A stretch of DNA of 64,000 bases from Macrostomum lignano (GCA_002269645.1 NIVC01001054.1:268656-332655); one strand, 5' to 3'; numbered from the stretch's first letter, positions 9,598-22,459 are shown. The notes: generated by a model from the sequence alone, not told the origin. A program made the numbers and translations.

Positions 9598-11937
9598 ATG
9601 CAGCAGCAAACTACGCCGGATGCGTATGCCTACAATGCTCAGCAGCAGCAGGTGCAGCAGCAGCAGCAGCAGCAGCAGCAGGTGCAGCAGCAGGCATTGC
9701 AGATGCCACCTGCACTGCAGTACTTGGCCTCTCTCGATCAGATTCTAATCAAGCAACAGAAGGAAATGATCGAAAGTGAGTTGATATGCGATAATTGGCA
9801 ACAGGTGTGAACCCAGCCGCTATTAATGTGAACACTTGGTAAAAAAGCAAAAAAAAATATTTTAGATCTTCTATCACAGACTACAAAAAGCATTTAGCGA
9901 ATGCCAGATACTAGAGGGGTTGCAGCCTAGTAGTCAGAGCGTCGGACTCACGACTTAAAAGTTGGGAGTTCGATTCCCGATCCCACTGGAACAATTTGTG
10001 TCCCTGAGTAAAGCACTTAACTCTGCACTGCTTCAGTTCACCCAGCTGTAAAATGGGTGCCAGCATTAGCTGGGGTAATTGAGGGTGTGTGTGGCGACCC
10101 CCCAGTCCTTGGACTGAACAGTCGTACGCAGCCTTCAAATGCGCCACGCAATAGCTGCGGCTGAGCTGTCAGTTGCACATTTGGCCCAATTAGGGCAGGT
10201 GTAATCAATAATAGTTATTATTATTTTTATACTAAATCATCCTGTTAATATTATATAAGTGAAACTATATGTCGTTAAAACTTAATATCATCAAATTGCA
10301 ATTTCAACGAAAGTTCTTATCGGCTGGGAGACCGCCAACAAATATATCGTGCTCAACAATGTCGGTCAGCAGGTGTTCTTTGCCAAAGAGGGTGAGTTTA
10401 TACAGATAACTAGATATGCAAGCCATCAGTCAGTTACATGTAAATATATCTAATAGTCAGTCAGCCAATAGTCACACGACAAACCTCCCAGTCCAAACTT
10501 CATGTCACAAAAATTATCAATTGAAGCTAGTGGGTTTGAACGCGGGAGTGCTGCCATAAGTCGACATATCATTTGCACTGACTGAAGTTACACGTTCTTA
10601 CTTGTACTTTGACGTAGCTACACGGCGCGCATTCTGCAATTCCGGAATTGAACAAAAGTGTCAATGAGGTGCTGAAAGAATCTCCAACTTCACACACACA
10701 AAAGAATTATCAAGCATCAATCGTCAGTTCAAGCCTCACCCTCCCTCCAGATTCCAGCACCTGCGATCGTCAGTGCCTCGGCGCCCAGCGCCCGTTCGAG
10801 ATGCTGGTGACTGACAACACAGGCCAGGAGGTGATCCACATCAGCCGGCCCTACAAGTGCATGTGCTACGGCCAGTGCTTCTCCTGCGCAAAATGCTGCC
10901 TGGACAAAGTCACCGTCGAGGCACCGCCAGGCAGAATGGTTGGTACGGTCACGCAGGTGTACGAAGGGTGCAGCGCGAACTACACGATCCAGGATGCCCA
11001 GGGCAACACGGTGCTGCTGATCCGAGGGCCCAGCTACTGCGCATGCCACTGCCCTGGCGATGACATACCGTTCGCGGTTAGTGACTTTCTTTTCTGTAAT
11101 GCGTACATGAACGAGTATCGCTGATAAACAATCGCGACCGATTAAAAATGCGAAAAGTTTAGTACTTCCGGCTGAGCTGGAACAGGATGTATTCTTAGAA
11201 ATTTACCCAACCTGATTGACACCACCTTGACTAACGTGACGAAAGTATACATTGACAAAAGTACATTTCTACTTTTGCACTATTTAACTACACAGCTAAT
11301 GACTACGGACGGCAATAACGAGATCGGCAAGGTCTCTAGGCAGTGGTCGAACCTACTGCAGGAGTACTTCACGGATGCCGACAACTTTGGTATTACGTTC
11401 CCTATGGACCTGCATGTTGACATCAAGGCCACAATTCTCGGAGCCTGCTTTCTCATCGTGAGTAGATTTTATCTTTTGTGGATAAATTTGCGCAAAAATT
11501 CTGGGTGTGTTGAGGTGGTGGGTGCAGTTAGTGGCGGGCGCAGTGGGTGGTGGGTGCAGTGGGGTGGTGGGTGCAGTGGGGTGGTGGGTGCAGTGGGGTG
11601 GTGGGTGCAGTGGGGTGGTGGGTGCAGTGGGGTGGTGGGTGCAGTGGGGCGGTGGGTGCAGTGGGATGGTGGGTGCGGTGAGGTGGTGGGTGCAGTGAGG
11701 GGGTGGGTGCAGTGGGGTGGTGGGTGCAGTGGGGTGGTGGGTGCAGTGGGGTGGTGGGTGCAGTGGGGTGGTGGGTGCGGTGAGGTGGTGGATGCAGTGG
11801 AGTGGTGGGCGCATTCATGCGGATGTTGCGTCTAATATTTTCATTTGAATTAAAAAAACTCCCGCACACACTATGGTCAACCCCCGTTTCAATTTCAGGA
11901 CTTCATGTACTTTGAGAGGTCGGGAAATGAGCACTAA
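9598..11937 (+). CDS. PLSCR: Phospholipid scramblase. Exons 9598-9775, 10314-10391, 10751-11076, 11296-11457, 11899-11937
   Basis: LQYLASLDQILIKQQKE, GWETANKY, CDRQCLGAQRPFEM, Cys-rich CMCYGQCFSCAKCC, FTDADNFGITFPMDL, ILGACFLIDFMYFE. All five exons join in phase with GT-AG boundaries. Confidence 0.93.
9915..10228 (+). mobile_element. tRNA-derived SINE with a CORE/MIR-like central domain (scramblase intron 1)
   Basis: A-box-like GCAGCCTAGTAG, B-box GAGTTCGATTCC, CORE-like GTGTCCCTGAGTAAAGCACTTAACTCT...CAGCTGTAAAATGGG, and a TTA-repeat tail. Confidence 0.75.
11510..11812. repeat. 17-bp minisatellite GGTGCAGTGGGGTGGTG in scramblase intron 4
   Basis: About 17 tandem copies read directly. Confidence 0.95.
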
Positions 11938-12203
11938 AAACTGAATTCCAATTGCTGACAAAATAATTGACAAGAATCTAAAAGAACAATAAAAACATTT
12001 AGCACCTTTCTAACCATGTCTTATTCAGTGGTAGTAAAAGTTATTTTCTCTAAATACTCCTTTTAATACCACGCAATTCCTTAAATACCAAAATACCAAG
12101 AAAAGTAAATTCCATATTAATAGATTATTAGCCAGATAGAACAATGCAGTTTATTGTATATTTCAAACTTATTAAATCAACAATAAGAAGACAATGTCAC
12201 AGG

Positions 12204-14634
12204 TTAAAAGCTGTGACTCCACAGGCACAGCAGGTGATCATAGAATGAGCAGGTGGCCACAAGCTGCCTGTCAGACTCGGAGAAGCTGCCGACCCAGTCA
12301 GCGCCGTAGGCTATGCTGCTGTGAGGACTGTTGAACTCTTCGAGAAGCTGCAGTCCAGTTGCTAAATAGGAAAATATGAGGATCGTAAATCAATCAACAA
12401 TTTGCATCAAACCCTTAAAATAATTGAAGCAAGAAATTCTCATCAATTAAAATTCTTAGAAAGAAGAGAATTCCACTGCAGTTCCTTGGCTTATGTACGA
12501 GCGTACTGCCAGTGCATGCGATAAACAGCTACTGCAGCTATTGTGTTTTATATAATCAAATGTTATTTATAAAATGAAATAAATCTTGCAGCTTGTTCGA
12601 ATATCGTTAACAACTGTGTTGTTCTTTTGCCTTTCGCTACGCACTTTTTCTTTATAGTTTGCTAAGTTTCACCGAAGGTGCTGGCGCCCCTTGGTGCTTG
12701 CGCCCCTTGGTGCTGGCGCCCCTTGGTGCTGGCGCCCCTTGGTGCTGGCGCCCCTTGGTGCTGGCGCCCCTTGGTGCTGGCGCCCCTTGGTGCTGGCGCC
12801 CCTTGGTGCTGGCGCCCCTTGGTGCTGGCGCCCCTTGGTGCTGGCGCCCCTTGGTGCTGGCGCCCCTTGGTGCTGGCGCCCCTTGGTGCTGGCGCCCCTT
12901 GGTGCTGGCGCCCCTTGGTACTGGCGCCTCTTGTTGCTGGCGCCCCTAACCAAAACCTAATTCCTGAACCCTAACCTAAACCTAATTCCTGAACCCTAAC
13001 CTAAACCTAATTCCTGAACCCTAACCTAAACCTAATTCCTGAACCCTAACCTAAACCTAATTCCTGAACCCTAACCTAAACCTAATTCCTGAACCCTAAC
13101 CTAAACCTAATTCCTGAACCCTAACCTAAACCTAATTCCTGAACCCTAACCTAAACCTAATTCCTGAACCCTAACCTAAACCATAATATATACCCTTAGA
13201 TAAACCCTAACTTCAACTCTAACCTACCCTTTAAATCCTAAGCTAAACCATACACTGTAATTCTTAACCCAAACTTAACTGTTGGCAGTCCAATTGTCAC
13301 GGGCTCAATCTAGACCAATCGGAAAGAGAACCTCACTACTTGTTAATACGAGTAGTGAGAATCAAGCGAGAATCTCAAACATAAAAATATCTTAGGAACG
13401 AGAGTCTCAGCCCAGTCTGTTCTCACGCTGCGATGAAGAAAGCCCTGCACTCACCCGACGAGAAGGCCAGTACTTTGAACCCGTTGTACATGGCCGCGCA
13501 CAGCAGCCTCTGGCAGCAGGCCGACCATTTCAAACGCCAGACGCCGCCGCCAACGCTCAGCGAATGAACTGGACGGCCGAGGGCTCGGGTGTCCCACACG
13601 CGGACTGACTCATCGTAGCTGGGCGATCACGGTAGGACGGGTAGATTAGAGATTGAAGGTGAGACTAGATATCGAAATTAAGACTAGAAACTGAGGGAGG
13701 GTGAGAGTAGAGATTGAGGGAGGGTGAGAGTAGAGATTGAGGGAGGGTGAGAGTAGAGATTGAGGGAGGGTGAGACTAGATATTGAGGGAGGGCGAGACT
13801 AGAGATTGAGGAAGAATGAGACTAGAGATTGATGGAGGGTGGGACTAGAGATTGATGGAGGGTGAGACTAGATATTGAAGGAAGGTGGGACTAATATTGA
13901 GAGAAAATGAGACTACATATTGAGGCAGGGTGAGACTAGATATTGATGGAGGCTGAGACTAGAGATTGGGGAGGGTGAGACTAGAGATTGAAGCACAGAG
14001 TCGTTAGACTAGATACTGAGACAGGGTGTTACTATATACATGGAGGTGAATTGCGACTATGATTGAGCTGCTAAGACTAGATATGGGATGAGATTTTCAG
14101 TTTAGAGAATCGGCTGATGGATGGAGAAAATAAGACTAAAAAAAGTCAAAACAAATGCCTGCAGAAGAGAAGACAAACCGTTTTACCTGCCAGACAGGAA
14201 TAGATAAGGCACGGTTGGATGCTCCACTATCATGGTCACACCAGCGTCGTGTCTGCGTGGGTTTTTTTTCATAGCAACATTCATCGTGAGCGAGTTTTTC
14301 ATAGCATAAATGGACAGGCATTCAACGACACACAGAAGCAGGCACCCCACCTGAGGCTGCGACTGCAGGCGCCCGCCGAACGCCGGTCCCACAGCTTCAG
14401 CCGGCAGTCGTCGCCGCCGCTCAGAGCCGCCTGGCTGGACCAGCGGCTGGGCTGGCAGACCCAGGCCTCCAGGTCGTGGGCGAGCCAGGAGCTGCTGGTT
14501 GCGGATGCCTCCTGATGCTCGGGATGTTCTAGGAGTGCGCAGTGACCCGTTGAGTAGCTGGCTGCCACTCTGGGGATAGATAGGTAGATAGATAGATAGA
14601 TAGATGGATAGATAGATAGATAGATAGATAAATG

Positions 14635-14687
<53 letters not shown>

Positions 14688-14874
14688 ATGGATAGATAGA
14701 TAGATAGATATACAGATAGATAGATAGATACATAGATAGATAGATAGATAGATAGATGGATGGATAGATAGATAGATGGATAGATAGATAGATAGGTAGA
14801 TATATATATATATATATATATATAGATAGATAGATATATAGATAGATAGGTAGATAGATAGGTAGATAGATAGG

Positions 14875-14907
<33 letters not shown>

Positions 14908-14908
14908 G

Positions 14909-14939
<31 letters not shown>

Positions 14940-15195
14940 GGATAGATAGATAGATAGGTAGATATATAGATAAATAGATAGATAGATATATAGATAGATA
15001 GATAGGTAGATAGATAGGTAGATATAAAGATAGATAGATAGATGGATAGATAGATACATAGATAGATAGATAGATAGATAGATGGATGGATAGATAGATA
15101 GATGGATAGATAGATAGATAGGTAGATATATATATATATATATATAGATAGATAGATAGATATATAGATAGATAGGTAGATAGATAGGTAGATAT

Positions 15196-15242
<47 letters not shown>

Positions 15243-15268
15243 TATAGATAGATAGGTAGATAGATAGG

Positions 15269-15329
<61 letters not shown>

Positions 15330-15454
15330 GGATAGATAGATAGATAGGTAGATATATAGATAAATAGATAGATAGATATATAGATAGATAGATAGGTAGA
15401 TAGATAGGTAGATATAAAGATAGATAGATAGATGGATAGATAGATAGATAGATG

Positions 15455-15497
<43 letters not shown>

Positions 15498-16450
15498 GGA
15501 TAGATAGATAGATAGATACATGTAGACAGACAGACAGACAGACAGACAGACATAAGCGCCAGTGCAAAGCCGCACACCTGTCCTCAAAGCAGTTAACAGA
15601 CAGGGCGATGCAGTGCCCAGAACAGCCGTCCCCATGCGGAGCCCCGGCAGCAGCTGCGGGAGGCGGTCACGGTGAGGTCCTGCAGCCCCACGCTGTACAT
15701 GGCCAGGCTGCCATCAGCGTTGGCAGTCCACAGGCGCGGTGAGTCTCCTGTGGCATCGCCGGCCCAGCTGAGGTCCAGCACGCCGCCGAAGGCGCTGTCG
15801 CGGCTGTACATCATTGCGGCGGAGGTGGCACCAGAGGCGGCTTCGTCTTTGATCTCCAGCAGGTGCAGCCTGCCAATCCGCTTGCGGGACTTCGGTTTGT
15901 GAATAAGTGAGTCAAGATTAGGGGCGAATAAAAGCTTCCATTTTCAGCATCAAATATACCAAACTAAAAACAAATCCACCAGTCAAAAAATCTAATCTAC
16001 CGTTACAAAAATCAAACCTACAATCTTAAGAATCAGATCTACCATGTCAAGAATCAAATCTACCAAGAATCAAATCTACCCTTAAAAAAGCAAATCTACC
16101 CTTAAAAAGCAAACCTATTCTTTTACAAAAAGCAAATCTACCATTTCAAAAATCAAATCTACCAAGTTAAGAATCAAATCTACCATTTCAAAAAGCAAAT
16201 CTACACCATGTCAAGAATCAAATCTACCATTTCAAGGGTTTAATCTACCATCTCAAGTATCAAATCTACCAATCTACCAATCGTGAAGATGAAAGCGCAG
16301 CTCCCTACCGGTTCATCGTACCGATAGCATCCGCAGGCCAAAAACCTCGGCGTCTGACTTCCGACACTCGCTGGGCAGAACTCTGCACTATCGGCCTCCA
16401 GGCCTGTGTCGAATTTGTCAATGAGTCGCAGAGAATGAGCACAATAAATC
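12204..16450 (-). CDS. DPH7: Diphthamide biosynthesis WD40 protein DPH7/WDR85. Exons (minus) ~16450-16309, 15889-15578 (contains a frameshift), 14569-14351, 14252-14187, 13618-13455, 12361-12204; start exon not found
   Basis: [13 protein letters not shown]...[22 protein letters not shown]...[33 protein letters not shown]...[17 protein letters not shown]...[15 protein letters not shown]. Splice phases match except for one internal frameshift. Confidence 0.88.
12675..12946. repeat. 16-bp minisatellite GGTGCTGGCGCCCCTT, about 17 copies
   Basis: Direct reading. Confidence 0.95.
12948..13182. repeat. 25-bp tandem CCTAATTCCTGAACCCTAACCTAAA, about 9 copies
   Basis: Direct reading; directly abuts the 16-mer array. 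Confidence 0.93.
13680..14090. repeat. Degenerate ~23-bp minisatellite GAGACTAGAGATTGAGGGAGGGT
   Basis: Direct reading, inside a DPH7 intron. Confidence 0.85.
14575..15552. repeat. (GATA)n microsatellite (~1 kb) ending in (GACA)n
   Basis: Direct reading; fills DPH7 intron 14570-15577. Confidence 0.98.
15960..16280. repeat. Degenerate repeat with core AATCAAATCTACC
   Basis: Repeated core inside a DPH7 intron. Confidence 0.75.
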
Positions 16451-16964
16451 TTTATTTAGACAATGCAGAGCTCAACAATATTCTCTTATAGTTGATCTTC
16501 TCTTAAAACCGTAAAAAATAACTAAGGCAAAAAAAGATTGACAAAATATTTAAAACTCAAAATTGCCGGTAAATAAAAAACTTTTAATGTTTATAATTAA
16601 CTTCTTTAGTTACTGCTAACTAAATTTGCTCCGCCCTGTTGCAAACTACTCTACTTACAAGTAGTAGCTCGTAGTGTAAAACAGATATTAAAAAATCTTA
16701 ATCGATGATCAAAACGCAGATTCTCTTATTAAAAATGCTGAAAAAGAAATGCAATCAGACTGGAAACACGAGTGCACAGGTTAAAACTGGTAAATAAAAC
16801 CTTGGAGTACATATACAGTTTCAGAATGTTTGTAAACTTTATAGACTCTGAAACGTTTATAAAAATAATAATATTACAACTTTATATTTTGCGATAAGAT
16901 GTGATTACATATATTCAGGTAATTTGACTGTGCTCAAAGAGATTCTAAAAGCGATTCTCAAGGT

Positions 16965-18885
16965 GAGTTAGGGGCGATTCTCAAGGTGAGTTAGGGCGAT
17001 TTTAAAGGTGATTTCGGGCGATTCTAGACGTGCTTGGGGGCGATTCTAGAGGTGAGTTGGTGGCGATTCGAGAGGTGAGTTGGAGGCGATTCTAGAGATG
17101 AGTTAAGGCGATTCTAGAGATGAGTTGGGGCGATTCTAGAGATGAGTTGGGGCGATTCTAGAGGTGAGTTGGGGGCGATTCTAGAGGTGAGTTGGGGGCG
17201 ATTCTAGAGGTGAGTTGGGGCGATTCTATAGGTTAGTTGAGGAGATTTTAGAGGTGAGTTGGGGCGATTCTATAGGTTAGTTGAGGAGATTTTAGAGGTG
17301 AGTTGAGGAGATTCTAGAGGTGAGTTGAGGGCGATTTTAGAGGTGAGTTGAGGAGATTCTAGAGGTGAGTTGAGGAGATTTTAGAGGTGAGTTGAGGAGA
17401 TTCTAGAGGTGAGTTGAGGGCGATTCTAGAGGTGAGTTGAGGGCGATTTTAGAGGTGAGTTGAGGAGATTCTAGAGGTGAGTTTGAGCGATTTTAGAGGT
17501 GAGTTGAGGAGATTTTAGAGGTGAGTTGAGGAGATTCTAGAGGTGAGTTGAGGGCGATTTTAGAGGTGAGTTGAGGAGATTCTAGAGGTGAGTTAAGGAG
17601 ATTCTAGAGGTGAGTTGAGGAGATTCTAGAGGTGAGTTGAGGAGATTCTAGAGGTGAGTTGAGGAGATTCTAGAGGTGAGTTGAGGAGATTCTAGAGGTG
17701 AGTTGAGGAGATTCTAGAGGTGAGTTGAGGAGATTCTAGAGGTGAGTTGAGGAGATTCTAGAGGTGAGTTGAGGAGATTCTAGAGGTGAGTTGAGGGCGA
17801 TTTTAGAGGTGAGTTGAGGAGATTCTAGAGGTGAGTTGAGGAGATTCTAGAGGTGAGTTGGGGGCGATTCTAGAGGTGAGTTGGAGGCGATTCTAGAGGT
17901 GAGTTGGAGGCGATTCTAGAGGTGAGTTGAGGAGATTCTAGAGGTGAGTTGAGGAGATTCTAGAGGTGAGTTGGGGGCGATTCTAGAGGTGAGTTGGAGG
18001 CGATTCTAGAGGTGAGTTGAGGAGATTCTAGAGGTGAGTTGAGGGCGATTCTAGAGGTGAGTTGAGGGCGATTCTAGAGGTGAGTTGAGGGCGATTCTAG
18101 AGGTGAGTTGAGGGCTATTTTAGAGGTGAGTTGAGGGCGATTCTAGAGGTGAGTTGAGGAGATTCTAGAGGTGAGTTGAGGAGATTCTAGAGGTGAGTTG
18201 AGGGCGATTCTAGAGGTGAGTTGAGGAGATTCTAGAGGTGAGTTGAGGAGATTCTAGAGGTGAGTTGAGGAGATTCTAGAGGTGAGTTGAGGGCGATTCT
18301 AGAGGTGAGTTGGGGGCTATTTTAGAGGTGAGTTGAGGGCGATTCTAGAGGTGAGTTGAGGAGATTCTAGAGGTGAGTTGAGGGCGATTCTAGAGGTGAG
18401 TTGAGGGCGATTCTAGAGGTGAGTTGAGGGCGATTCTAGAGGTGAGTTGAGGAGATTCTAGAGGTGAGTTGAGGAGATTCTAGAGGTGAGTTGAGGAGAT
18501 TCTAGAGGTGAGTTGAGGGCGATTCTAGAGGTGAGTTGAGGGCTATTTTAGAGGTGAGTTGAGGGCGATTCTAGAGGTGAGTTGAGGGCGATTCTAGAGG
18601 TGAGTTGAGGAGATTCTAGAGGTGAGTTGAGGGCGATTCTAGAGGTGAGTTGAGGAGATTCTAGAGGTGAGTTGAGGAGATTCTAGAGGTGAGTTGAGGG
18701 CGATTCTAGAGGTGAGTTGAGGGCTATTTTAGAGGTGAGTTGAGGGCGATTCTAGAGGTGAGTTGAGGAGATTCTAGAGGTGAGTTGAGGAGATTCTAGA
18801 GGTGAGTTGAGGGCTATTTTAGAGGTGAGTTGAGGGCGATTCTAGAGGTGAGTTGAGGGCTATTTTAGAGGTGAGTTGCGGCGAA
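16965..18885. repeat. 22/23-bp satellite (GGA/GGGC)GATTCTAGAGGTGAGTTGA, about 85 copies
   Basis: Direct reading. Confidence 0.97.
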
Positions 18886-19169
18886 TTTTAAAAAAATAAC
18901 TGGTCGCATGATCTATTTATAATGATTTCGAGGCGACTTGTAGAGAATTTGATGACGAGAATTCCAAGATCAGATAGATCCGAAAGGTGATTATACAAGT
19001 AACAAATATTTTATAAAAGATTCAAAAAGCGCTTTAAATAGGAAAATTCTGAAAAAATTGTTTAAAATAAAACAAATGCAGGTCTGGGAGATCTGCGATA
19101 AAAATATAAAAAAATTGCAAAAGCTTGGCACAAAACTTCGCGCCAAAAGTCGCAGGATTAAACGCAGGA

Positions 19170-20696
19170 TTAAACAACCGCAGGTCCGGGCAGCTCGCCG
19201 TTGTCCCTATAGGCACCGCAGTCTACCAGCTGCCTACCAATCAACTGGTAGAGCCGGCTGTCTGGCCCAATCACACACTTGGCCACGGCCACCCTGTCGT
19301 GGCACACAATGCCGTGCACCCTGCTCCGGTGAGCAATCCTACTGGTGTAGTTGGTGAACAGTTTTCCACAGCCAGCCTGACCGCACAGCAGCAGCACCCG
19401 GTAGCGCTGGTGCCTGCCGCCCGAACTGGTCAGTCGCTGGAAATGCGAGACGGCTGCATCTGCCCGATCGAATTTCAAATCGCATTCGATACACGCGATG
19501 GGGGTAGCGGCCAGGGCGGAGTCTCGCGGAGGCTGATGCTCCTGCAGGTGAATGTCCAGCTGGCAGCCGCTAGAGGCCACCCGGCATAAGCTGGAGATTG
19601 GAATCGACAGGCAGTGCTGGCCGGCCAGCCGACAGCGCAGGGTGACCAACAGGCAGAGAGCTGACTGGCCGACCTCATTGGCCAAGGACAGGCTGAGCTG
19701 CTCGATTGAGTCCCGCAGCCTGCGGCTTCTCCGTGTCGGTTGCGGGCACCGCTTCTGGGAGCGAAACACGCCGCTGACCTGCTCAGACTGCGGGTTTGGG
19801 GGCGAGTCTGTGGTGATTTTGGGGCGATTCTGGGGGCGATTCTGGGGTGATTTTAGGGCGATTCTAGAGGTTATTTTGGGGCGATTCTAGAGGTTATTTT
19901 GGGGCGATTCTAGAGGTTATTTTGGGGCGATTCTAGAGGTTATTTTGGGGCGATTCTAGAGGTGATTTTGGGGCGATTCTAGAGGTTATTTTGGGGCAAT
20001 TCTAGAGGTTATTTTGGGGCGATTCTAGAGGTTATTTTGGGGCGATTCTAGAGGTTATTTTGGGGCGATTCTAGAGGTTATTTTGGGGCGATTCTAGAGG
20101 TTATTTTGGGGCGATTCTAGAGGTTATTTTGGGGCGATTCTGGAGGTGATTTTGGGGCAATTCTAGAGGTTATTTTAGGGCGATTCTAGAGGTTATTTTG
20201 GGGCGATTCTGGAGGTTATTTTGGGGCGATTCTAGAGGTTATTTTTGGGCAATTCTAGAGGTTATTTTGGGGCGATTCTAGAGGTTATTTTTGGGCAATT
20301 CTAGAGGTGATTTTTGGGCAATTCTAGAGGTGATTTTTGGGCAATTCTAGAGGTGATTTTGGGCCATTTCTAGAGGTGATTTTGGGGCGACTCTAGACGG
20401 GAGTTGGGGCGACTCTGGACGGGAGTTGGGGCGACTCTAGACGGGAGTTGGGGCGATTCTAGAGATGATTCGAGGGCGATTCTAGAGGTGAGTTGGTGAA
20501 TCTTTCCTACTGTCTGTCTCACCTTCTTCCTAGCCGCAGTGCGCAAGTCCAGGGCCATCTCACTGTGCTCAATATCGCCAAACAGCAGGTCAGACTGTCG
20601 CAAAGCGCTCTGAAAGCTAGCAGAGCCGCCTTCATCCAGCAGAGAGTCCAAGTCGATGCTAGCGAAAGCGGAGGCGGAATTCGATGACGTCATCAC
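19170..20696 (-). CDS. Uncharacterised C2H2 zinc-finger protein. Exons 20696-20523 and 19787-19170; about 263 aa
   Basis: Phase-0 intron (AAG|GTGAGA ... CGCAG|TCT). Motifs CIECDLKFDRADAAVSH and CGQAGCGKLFTNYTSRIAHRSRVH. Confidence 0.65.
19812..20490. repeat. 23-bp satellite GGGGCGATTCTAGAGGTTATTTT filling the zinc-finger gene intron
   Basis: Direct reading; shares the core GGGCGATTCTAGAGGT with 16965-18885. Confidence 0.95.
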
Positions 20697-21069
20697 AGTG
20701 AGCTGCTAATTCAAATGTCGGATTTAAATCTGGAATGAAACGATGTGAAAATCGCTTTTGAAGGGATTATAACTAGGTCAGCCAGACATACTACTGATTA
20801 AAGCAAAGAAAGAAACAAAAACAAAACATATCTTCTTCAAAACTTTTAAAGTAGTAAATAACGTGTATTTAGGCGTTGAAAAAAAACGAAAGTAACATGA
20901 TAAAACTGAAAAACAGAAATGTAAAACACAAAGAGAAAAAACCTGTTTATCAACACTGAGATTTATTAACAAAATTATGTTTTCCAATACTTTTGGATGA
21001 GTTGTTATAGGTAAAAAACTTTAACAACACAGTTTGGTTGATTTTGGTAGCGGGTAGGACTTTTCTGGT

Positions 21070-22045
21070 TCTGGTTGGGGTTTATGAGTGTTGGATGGGT
21101 GGGGTTTATGACTGATGGATGGGTGGGGTTTATGACTGATGGATGGGTGGGGTTTATGACTGATGGAAGGGTGGGTTTATGACTGATGGATGGGTGGAGT
21201 TTATGACTGATGGATGGGTGGGGTTTATGATGACTGATGGATGGGTGGGGTTTATGAGTGATGGATGGGTGGGGTTTATGACTGATGGATGGGTGGGGTT
21301 TATGACTGATGGATGGGTGGGGTTTATGACTGATGGATGGTTGGGGTTTATGAGTGATGGATGGGTGGGGTTTATGAGTGATGGATGGGTGGGGTTTATG
21401 ACTGATGGATGGGTGGGGTTTATGAGTGATGGATGGGTGGGGTTTATGACTGATGGATGGGTGGGGTTTATGAGTGATGGATGGGTGGGGTTTATGAGTG
21501 ATGGATGGGTGGGGTTTATGAGTGATGGATGGGTGGGGTTTATGACTGATGAATGGGTGGGGTTTATGAGTGATGGATGGGTGGGGTTTATGACTGATGG
21601 ATGGGTGGGGTTTATGACTGATGGATGGGTGGGGTTTATGAGTGATGGATGGGTGGGGTTTATGAGTGATGGATGGGTGGGGTTTATGAGTGATGGATGG
21701 GTGGGGTTTATGACTGATGGATGGGTGGGGTTTATGAGTGATGGATGGGTGGGGTTTATGAGTGATGGATGGGTGGGGTTTATGAGTGATGGATGGGTGG
21801 GGTTTATGACTGATGGATGGGTGGGGTTTATGAGTGATGGATGGGTGGGGTTTATGACTGATGGATGGGTGGGGTTTATGACTGATGGATGGGTGGGGTT
21901 TATGAGTGATGGATGGGTGGGGTTTATGAGTGATGGATGGGTGGGGTTTATGAGTGATGGATGGGTGGGTTTATGACTGATGGATGGGTGGGGTTTATGA
22001 GTGATGGATGGGTGGGTTTATGACCGATGGATGGTTGGGTTTATG
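21070..22045. repeat. 24-bp minisatellite ATGA(C/G)TGATGGATGGGTGGGGTTT, about 40 copies
   Basis: Direct reading; produces the artefactual [11 protein letters not shown]. Confidence 0.97.
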
Positions 22046-22459
22046 AGGGTGAGGTTAATGAGTGAGGTTGCATAGTAGACGACTCAAGCCACAAAGAAAA
22101 GCTTTGTGAGAGCAGCAGAACATATTAATTACCATGGCAACAAGGGAGCGCAAAGGTAAAGTAAGAAAAAATAGTGCTAAAATCAGCACATGATACAGAC
22201 TACTTGGCAGTAACAAAAACAAGAAAAATGCAGAAAAAACTCTATTGCAAGCCAAATGCAAGCTTAAACTGGATGCACAAAAATCTTCAAGAAACAACAA
22301 GGCAGCAAGTTTAAGCAAGATGATGAAAGCAGATTAGCAAAATACGCAATGAGAAACTGCGTGAAAATAACAAAAAATCAACACAATATTTGAATTGTGT
22401 TGAGGGCAATTTTAAACGGGAACCTGAGGGTGATTCTGTATTATAATCTAATGGCGACC

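Noticed and set aside
9915-9985. tRNA genes at the SINE heads (also 57531-57585)
   Set aside because: A and B boxes are present, but there is no complete cloverleaf and each continues into a SINE body.
12948-13230. Interstitial telomere
   Set aside because: The unit is a 25-mer with only one AACCCT-like segment, not (TTAGGG)n.
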